Source of the DNA: Promethearchaeota archaeon
GTDB taxonomy: Archaea > Asgardarchaeota > Lokiarchaeia > Sigyniarchaeales > SOKP01
Direction of reading: 5' to 3'
Length of the DNA stretch: 64,000 nucleotides
NCBI GenBank assembly: GCA_030599585.1
Contig: JAUVNS010000007.1
Coordinates: 1 to 64,000 of the forward strand
Shown: positions 57,604 to 64,000 of the stretch, piece after piece
How the letters are laid out: each line of letters opens with the position of its first letter
Position numbering within the stretch: position 1 is the stretch's first letter
Made by a program: the position numbers and the translations under genes
Notes under the pieces: model-generated
Seen by the model: the letters and a program-made list of their open reading frames with translations, nothing else
The model's database searches: none
Told to the model about the DNA's origin: nothing

Positions 57604-58782
57604 ATGGATTGTAGAGAAAGAGTTCTTACGACCTTAAATTTAGAAGAACCAGATAGAGTTCCGGTTCACGCCATTCTAATTGACGCTAATAACGTTGATA
57701 CCATACTCGGAAAGCCGCAAATTACCGATTTTGACACTATAGAGCAATTACAACGAGATAACCCTGACGGATGGGCAGAAGAATTAACTAATCTTATAGA
57801 AGGTATAGAAACAAGCGTATTTTCCCGGTGTGTGGAAGCTGCTACAGCAATTGGGCTTGATTGTATGCAGATAGGTATATTGCCTTTTTATATTTTTGAA
57901 GATCCAAGTGATCCTCGTCTTCTTATGAAAGATATTTTTGGACGCGTATGGGAAGCTAGAAATAATGAAGGGAATATTAATCCTTACTATTTATATGGGA
58001 CGATGAATTCGCCTGAGAAATGGGAAGAAACTAAAGAGAATATTGAAGGTCCTATGACCGAAAAATACACCAAAATGGCTAAAAAATTCTTCCGTCGGAT
58101 AAATAAGAAACACAAAGATAACATATTTGTTGCTGTTACAAACGATTTAGCAGGTGTATTTGAAAGCGCTTCACAAGGTATGGGTTTGACTTATTACTCT
58201 CGAATGCTTCACAAAAAACCGAGTTTTATTAAAGAAGTTCATGAAGTGATAGCGGAATTTACAGCTGCTTGTTATAACGCTTATATGGATTCAGGCGCTG
58301 AATTATTCATTGAATCTGGGGATTTGGCTTATAAAACGGGGCCGATGATGAGTCCGAAAAAGTTCACTGAGGTATTACAGCCAGCTTATAAAATAATTAC
58401 TGATGCTGTACACGAGCGAGGGAAAAAAATAGTGTTACATACTGATGGTCAAGTCACACCTTTATTAGATTTTGTTGTAAATTGTGGTTTTGACGGGTTA
58501 CATAGCCTTGAGCCTACAGCGGGAGTCGATATAGCCTTGGTAAAGAAAAAGGTTGGAGACAAACTCTGTCTTTGGGGGAATATTGATGTTGCTCACGATC
58601 TTACTTATGGAACAAAAGAAGAAGTATTTGGTGCTGTCAAACATGCTATTAAAACCGCTGGTCCCGGCGGAGGTTATATAGTGAGCCCAGCAAATATGCA
58701 CCCGACTGTTAAAGTTGATAATTTACGCTGGATGGTAGAAGCCACAAAAGAATTTGGAGAATATCCAATTAATCTGAAGTAG
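57604..58782 (+). CDS. uroporphyrinogen decarboxylase / MtaA-CmuA methyltransferase family protein
   Basis: RERVL..L..EEPDRVP, GDLAYK.GPM.SP, LHTDG, LWGNID, GGGYI. Confidence 0.85.
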   Translation: MDCRERVLTTLNLEEPDRVPVHAILIDANNVDTILGKPQITDFDTIEQLQRDNPDGWAEELTNLIEGIETSVFSRCVEAATAIGLDCMQIGILPFYIFEDPSDPRLLMKDIFGRVWEARNNEGNINPYYLYGTMNSPEKWEETKENIEGPMTEKYTKMAKKFFRRINKKHKDNIFVAVTNDLAGVFESASQGMGLTYYSRMLHKKPSFIKEVHEVIAEFTAACYNAYMDSGAELFIESGDLAYKTGPMMSPKKFTEVLQPAYKIITDAVHERGKKIVLHTDGQVTPLLDFVVNCGFDGLHSLEPTAGVDIALVKKKVGDKLCLWGNIDVAHDLTYGTKEEVFGAVKHAIKTAGPGGGYIVSPANMHPTVKVDNLRWMVEATKEFGEYPINLK

Positions 58783-58823
58783 GACTCAATTCAAAATTAT
58801 ACTTTTAATTCTAGTACTTCTTT

Positions 58824-59189
58824 TTATGGAGGTAACATTGAGAAAAATGCTATCTTGTTAAAAAGGATAAACCATACAACCATATAACCGATAATAATAA
58901 TAGTAGATACCGTTCCAAAGCGATAAACTCCTTTAGGGATACCAGAAGATTCATTTTTTCTCTGAACAATTGCCCGAATCATAGCTACAATATATATTAT
59001 TGTAATTATTAAAGCTACAATCCATAAGAATAATATAAATAACAAGAGAGTATAAATAGGTTGTCCATCAAACCTCAGTGTGTTCAACCATTCCCAGTAA
59101 TTAAATATTAGATGTGTTGGGATTGAACCATAAATCGCAGCAGTTAGTAAAAAAACAAATGACCATAAAAATCCTTTAGTAGACGACAT
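58824..59189 (-). CDS. hypothetical membrane protein (3 TM)
   Basis: Three hydrophobic segments. Confidence 0.7.
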   Translation of the reverse strand: MSSTKGFLWSFVFLLTAAIYGSIPTHLIFNYWEWLNTLRFDGQPIYTLLLFILFLWIVALIITIIYIVAMIRAIVQRKNESSGIPKGVYRFGTVSTIIIIGYMVVWFILFNKIAFFSMLPP

Positions 59190-59286
59190 CTAGCTCATTA
59201 AGGTAAAAATTAGTTAATAGAAATATATCTACGATAATAAATAAATTTTTTAGAAATATAAAAAAAAGAAAAGATTTAAAATTATC

Positions 59287-60981
59287 TTAAAATAATAATC
59301 TCGCTATAAACGAAAGCCCGCTTTGTGGTGTGGACATGGTGACAATCAGAAAAGTCAATAAAACTGCGTTTATTATTGCTCCAGTAATAATGTTTCCCGT
59401 TTTTCTATAGCTTAATATCGATACTCCTGAAGTTAAAGTGAACATAAGTATTGAAATAGGTATAAATGTTCCAAAGTAAAATAAACTTCTCATGAGAACG
59501 CTAACGAGTAATAAATAAACTATATAATACAGAAGTGGAAAGATAGCGCCTAAAAATAGAACTTTCATTGTGTCTTTAATGGAATCACTAAATTTGTTTT
59601 GAAGTATCACTTGAGTTACCATGTTCAGAATTAGAATTACGAAAAAACTAATAGCGAAGTATATAGGCATTGTCCAAAATTTAGTTATCGAAGGAACTAA
59701 CCCTAAATAGTTTAATCCAATTGAAAGGTATACTATAAGAAATAGCATAGCCCCTAAAATTGCTCCCAAAATAATTTGTCTGAGAAGTATATTCCTTCCT
59801 TTAAATGGTCTTGCTAGTATTGTTCTCAAAGGTGAATCTGTTTTCTTTCCTATTCTCCAGAGTAAAACGATTAATCCAAAAGCTTGACCAAATAACAAGG
59901 CTACTACGAAACCTGCGACTGCTAAAGGTAATATTAATAATAACGGCAGAAATATTAGTACGCCAAGAATGCCGAGCACGATTGAAAATAAAATAGTTTT
60001 AATTGTAATAGACATAACCGACATATCTGGTGCTTCAATTTTGTAATATTGAATTTCCTTTTCTCTATCGCTTTTTGAAGTTAAGACTAATTTAGATAAT
60101 GGCTCAACTGTTAAAAAGAAGAATCCCATACCTCCTATCACCTGTAATAATAATATTAACCCTCTTATATTAACATAAAATGTTTCATCTACTACATCAA
60201 GATCGAACGAATTTATAGCCCAATCTCTTGCTTCACGAATGAAATCAGCGTCCCATGCGACTGTAAGGTGATTACTATTATCATCTAAATAAATCATAGA
60301 AGCGTTTCCTTCTTGAAAAGAACCATATAGTTTGTTCGAATCAACGGTTGAAACAGGGATGCTTACGCGTGTGGCTAGACTGATCTTTAATTCTGAAAGT
60401 TCAACAGCTTCATCAAACAGTGCCTGAATCATGAGTACATTTAATGGATTGGTCGAATCACCAGCCCTGAGAGTAGGATATAACCAAGTTCCAATTCCTA
60501 TAAAACATTTAAATGCGAGATCTTCTTCTATTAAAACTTGTCCTAAACCTCCCATACTATACCCTATATAACCTAAGGAATTCATATCAATATCGCCCCT
60601 TGTATTGAGATATTCTTTAATTGCGATTATATCTTTCGTTTTATTATCTGGTTCTATCATACTGCTTTGTCCATGTCCTCTGAAATCAAATGGTACGGCA
60701 ACAAATCCTACTGCCGCTAACTCTAACGCGTATCCTTTTAACATCTCTTTATTGACCATAGAACCATGCCCAATTATAATAGCTGGCTTGTTTAATCCAC
60801 CACTCGACGGTTCAAAAACATTAAAAGAAATTGTTACGCCATCACTCGTTTGAGTAAATTTACCATATGTACTTTTAACGCTAAGGGGTGTTATAAAAAT
60901 GAAAACAGTACCTATTGTAAAAATAGCGAGAAATATGCCAATTAATACAACTCTTTTTTTTGATAGATTTAATATAGTCAT
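59287..60981 (-). CDS. alpha/beta hydrolase with C-terminal multi-pass membrane domain
   Basis: GHG, FDFRGHGQS, GYSMGG (nucleophile Ser), D (FDE), H (SNHL); about 8 C-terminal TM helices. Confidence 0.85.
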   Translation of the reverse strand: MTILNLSKKRVVLIGIFLAIFTIGTVFIFITPLSVKSTYGKFTQTSDGVTISFNVFEPSSGGLNKPAIIIGHGSMVNKEMLKGYALELAAVGFVAVPFDFRGHGQSSMIEPDNKTKDIIAIKEYLNTRGDIDMNSLGYIGYSMGGLGQVLIEEDLAFKCFIGIGTWLYPTLRAGDSTNPLNVLMIQALFDEAVELSELKISLATRVSIPVSTVDSNKLYGSFQEGNASMIYLDDNSNHLTVAWDADFIREARDWAINSFDLDVVDETFYVNIRGLILLLQVIGGMGFFFLTVEPLSKLVLTSKSDREKEIQYYKIEAPDMSVMSITIKTILFSIVLGILGVLIFLPLLLILPLAVAGFVVALLFGQAFGLIVLLWRIGKKTDSPLRTILARPFKGRNILLRQIILGAILGAMLFLIVYLSIGLNYLGLVPSITKFWTMPIYFAISFFVILILNMVTQVILQNKFSDSIKDTMKVLFLGAIFPLLYYIVYLLLVSVLMRSLFYFGTFIPISILMFTLTSGVSILSYRKTGNIITGAIINAVLLTFLIVTMSTPQSGLSFIARLLF

Positions 60982-61167
60982 AATTTATTATTCTGACTCC
61001 AAATTATATAAAAACTCTTTTTTAAGATATTAATAATATAAAAGTTACTAAGTTATCTATGTTTTAATCTGGTAAATTTCGTGTAGAATCTTCAATATTT
61101 TATTAATGAAAGGTTTTTATCATCCAAACAACTTTTTCACCTAATTAAATACATATTTTTAAAGAAA

Positions 61168-62478
61168 ATGGCAACTGAACAAAAAGTTAGAAATCGATGG
61201 ATCGTAGTAATAGGAGCTATATTAATACAATTGGCATTAGGGACGATTTATTCTTGGGGAACCCTTACGGTTTTTGTAAGCCCATATTTGAATTTAACTA
61301 TGAGTTTGGATCCGAGCATCATTAGAGAAGTTACGGTATATATTTTTGGAGTGGGATTATTATCCTTTGCGATTACGATGATCTTTGCAGGTAAATTACA
61401 ACAAAAATACGGTCCTAAAAAGATTGCGATTTTGGGAGGGATATTAATTGGAATTGGCGTAATCTCATCCGCATTTATGACTACATTTATAGGTCTTTTA
61501 ATTACTTATGGTGTTATCTTTGGTGTAGGTATTGGTTTTGCTTATGTGTGTCCTATCGCTTCAGCGAGTAAATGGTTTCCAGACAAAAAAGGATTTATTA
61601 ATGGAATTGCTGTAGCAGGGTTTGGTGCCGGAGCTTTCGTTTTTAACTTCGTAATAAAAGAGCTGGCTAATCCTACAGGGTTATCTGACGACGCTCTTAA
61701 TTTTGTTGATGTAATTTCTCCGAACATTCCAATTATGTTCATCATTTTAGGGATTGTTTATCTCGTTCTTGTTATAGGAGGAGCAATGACGCTTAGCAAT
61801 CCCCCTGAAGGTTGGAAACCTGATGGATGGACACCCCCTACTCCTTCTGAAGAAAGTGGAATATCGGGTTTGGAGTTCGAACGAGGTCAAACAGTAAAAC
61901 TACCTCAATTTTGGATGCTTTGGACGGCATTTGCATTAAGTGCAATGTCTGGTTTAATGGTTATTGGGTCGTTTTCTGCATTTGCTAAAACATATGCAGC
62001 CCCTAGCGTATTTTCGTACATTATTGGAACCAGTGATATCGTATTAATTGGAAGTTTAGCAGCTTTATTCAACGGGTTAGGTAGAATAGTTTGGGGAAAA
62101 CTGGCAGATATGATAACCTACAAAAAAGCTATGTTGGTAATGTTCATAACTCAAGCGATTCTCATGTTTATCTACTTCACAACGAATGTTAACGAAGTAT
62201 ATTTCTTGATAATAACTTGTGCAATCTTTTTCTGTTTTGGAGGTAATTTCAGCTTATTTCCAACCGCCACTGCTGATTTATTTGGATCGAAAAATTTAGG
62301 ACCTAACTATGGAATTGTTTTTACAGCTTATGGTGTCGCAGGATTTATTGGTGCTGTAGGTGTAAACTTATTCTTTAGCATTTTTGGAAGCTATCTGATA
62401 CTATTCATCGTAATGGGAATAATGTCTGTCGGTTCAGCAATTTTGGCTTATGTAATTAAGCCACCAAAACAAAGATAA
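61168..62478 (+). CDS. OFA-family MFS transporter (oxalate:formate antiporter-like)
   Basis: G.IYSW, G.GF.Y..P.....KWFPDKKG...G..VAGFG.G, FNGLGR..WG...D, FG.KNLG.NYG. Confidence 0.9.
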   Translation: MATEQKVRNRWIVVIGAILIQLALGTIYSWGTLTVFVSPYLNLTMSLDPSIIREVTVYIFGVGLLSFAITMIFAGKLQQKYGPKKIAILGGILIGIGVISSAFMTTFIGLLITYGVIFGVGIGFAYVCPIASASKWFPDKKGFINGIAVAGFGAGAFVFNFVIKELANPTGLSDDALNFVDVISPNIPIMFIILGIVYLVLVIGGAMTLSNPPEGWKPDGWTPPTPSEESGISGLEFERGQTVKLPQFWMLWTAFALSAMSGLMVIGSFSAFAKTYAAPSVFSYIIGTSDIVLIGSLAALFNGLGRIVWGKLADMITYKKAMLVMFITQAILMFIYFTTNVNEVYFLIITCAIFFCFGGNFSLFPTATADLFGSKNLGPNYGIVFTAYGVAGFIGAVGVNLFFSIFGSYLILFIVMGIMSVGSAILAYVIKPPKQR

Positions 62479-62513
62479 AAATTATAATTATTTTTTCTTA
62501 TTTTCTTTTTTCC

Positions 62514-63599
62514 TTAGACATTAGCTTTATTACGAATGAAGGCGTCAATAAGATGAATTGTGCTAAGGATATCCTCTAATTTTAGCAGAGATGTTGGAGA
62601 GTGGATATATCTACAAGGTACTGAAACTACGGAACTTGGCACGCCTTCACGTGATATATGAATCTTACCTGCATCGGTTCCTCCAGACATAGGTTTTTTA
62701 TACTGATATGGGATATTATCAATTTCCGCGTTTTTAACAAGTCTATCGTTGACTTTAGGGCTAGAGATCATAGATTTATCAGCAACGGTAATCGCTGGAC
62801 CTTTCCCTATATATGATGGGATTTCTGCGTCTCTTACACCCGGAACATCAGCAGCTGTGGTATTTTCTATCGCAAGCGCTATTGTTGGCTTAAGATTAAA
62901 TGCTCCAGTAATAGCACCCCTTCCTCCAATTTCCTCCTGAACGGCAAAATTAAATAATATAGTATCTTTAAACGATGAATCTTCCTTTAGTAATCTTAAT
63001 ATGTGAATGAGCACGTTACATCCAGTACGATCGTCGAACGCTTTTCCACGGATCATATTGTTTGGAAAATCTACAAACGGAGAAAAGAGCGTGCCAGTTA
63101 TCCCTATAAAAACATTATTATTAGTAACTTCCTCTATTGAATTCATCCCTATGTCAATATACATACCTGAGATTTTTACAAGTTTCCTTCGTTCCTCTAA
63201 AGATGTGATATGTGGCGGTTTCGAACCAATTATTCCATGATATAGTTCTCCCACCTTAGATCGTACGATTACAGATTGCCCCAATAATATTCTTGTGTCC
63301 CAACCTCCAATTGTAACAAACCTTAAGAATCCGTTCTTTTCAATGTGAGAGACCATAAAGCCTATCTCGTCAGTATGGGCGTCTAATAAAATTCTTTCCT
63401 TCCCATTTGTTCCATTTTTTATTGCAAGTACGTTTCCTAAAGGGTCAATCCACGCTTTATCAGCTAAATTCTCATTTTCAATTAAATTCAATATAAAATT
63501 GCTAACATCGTCTTCATGACCAGAAACTCCAATTAGAGTAGATAATTCTTCTTGAAGAGCTTTAATAGTTTTAATATCCATAATAAGACTTTTTGTCAT
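62514..63599 (-). CDS. M42 family aminopeptidase (TET-like)
   Basis: GVSGHE, DAHTDEIG, KAFDDR.G, VQEEIG.RGA, GGTDAG, VPCRYIHSP. Confidence 0.93.
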   Translation of the reverse strand: MTKSLIMDIKTIKALQEELSTLIGVSGHEDDVSNFILNLIENENLADKAWIDPLGNVLAIKNGTNGKERILLDAHTDEIGFMVSHIEKNGFLRFVTIGGWDTRILLGQSVIVRSKVGELYHGIIGSKPPHITSLEERRKLVKISGMYIDIGMNSIEEVTNNNVFIGITGTLFSPFVDFPNNMIRGKAFDDRTGCNVLIHILRLLKEDSSFKDTILFNFAVQEEIGGRGAITGAFNLKPTIALAIENTTAADVPGVRDAEIPSYIGKGPAITVADKSMISSPKVNDRLVKNAEIDNIPYQYKKPMSGGTDAGKIHISREGVPSSVVSVPCRYIHSPTSLLKLEDILSTIHLIDAFIRNKANV

Positions 63600-63734
63600 T
63601 TGATAAATTATCTGGGATAGATAATGATAAGTAATATTTTGAGGTATTTAAAATAAAATTAATGCTTTTATTATTGAAATTGAAAAGAAATGTAGGGGTT
63701 GATTAATAAAATAAGAATAAAAATAAAACTACTA

Positions 63735-63998
63735 TTATTTACGTTTCTTCAGTTCACTTATCGCCTTTTCTGCTAAAAGAAGAGCGTCAGTATATTGAGA
63801 TCGATATTTTTTAACTTGTGCATCTAATTCTATTGCCCTATTTTGAAGTTCGAGAATCATTTCACTATTATCATCTCCAGATGGGAATGCAGATTCTGGG
63901 TTGTCCATAGTTTCTTTAAGATAATTATATTTCTCTCTCCACACTTTTAATTCGGTTTGTAGGTCTTCAATGGCATCGTCACCAGTAATGTTCTCTAC
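63735..63998 (-). CDS. coiled-coil protein, 3' part only (begins beyond the window)
   Basis: The frame is open to the window edge: VENITGDDAIEDLQTELKVWREKY...LKKRK*. Confidence 0.6.
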   Translation of the reverse strand, partial: VENITGDDAIEDLQTELKVWREKYNYLKETMDNPESAFPSGDDNSEMILELQNRAIELDAQVKKYRSQYTDALLLAEKAISELKKRK

Positions 63999-64000
63999 TG

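Noticed and set aside
2503-63240. Many 60-125 aa antisense or alternative-frame ORFs in the track (e.g. 2503, 5314, 11866, 16915, 22432, 25354, 31727, 62749)
   Set aside because: They lie within or largely overlap well-supported genes and show no motifs; they are shadow ORFs.
1-64000. tRNA, rRNA or CRISPR loci
   Set aside because: I saw no GC-rich structured segments, cloverleaf motifs or repeat-spacer arrays in the intergenic regions; a covariance-model scan would be needed to exclude small ncRNAs.

Overview
AT-rich archaeal DNA. The gene content strongly suggests an Asgard archaeon of the Lokiarchaeia/Promethearchaeia type (inference): three Ras-superfamily small GTPases, longin-domain proteins, a gelsolin-domain protein, a V4R/Bet3-like protein, a PGF/Loki-CTERM sorting signal and SCP2/beta-oxidation genes. 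About 55 CDS; I saw no rRNA, tRNA, CRISPR array, transposase or integrase. Main observations: (1) An ~11.6 kb island (19317-30964) is bracketed by two diverged copies of the last 25 codons of nadB. It carries an allFGH-like oxamate carbamoyltransferase set, a carbamate kinase and a BMP-type ABC importer. (2) A co-oriented minus-strand cluster (42744-51417) holds two paralogous single-pass surface proteins with a conserved cytoplasmic tail, a gelsolin-helical fusion, a helical paralog and a longin protein. It is a candidate surface-to-actin linkage system. (3) A third copy of the same helical module sits inside a triplet of LMW phosphatases next to a degenerate macrodomain. (4) A shared C-terminal helical bundle links a protein in the small-GTPase locus with a 743-aa TrmB-like protein 45 kb away. 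(5) Two or three genes appear to need non-canonical ATT starts. All family assignments come from motif recognition by eye; no searches were run.
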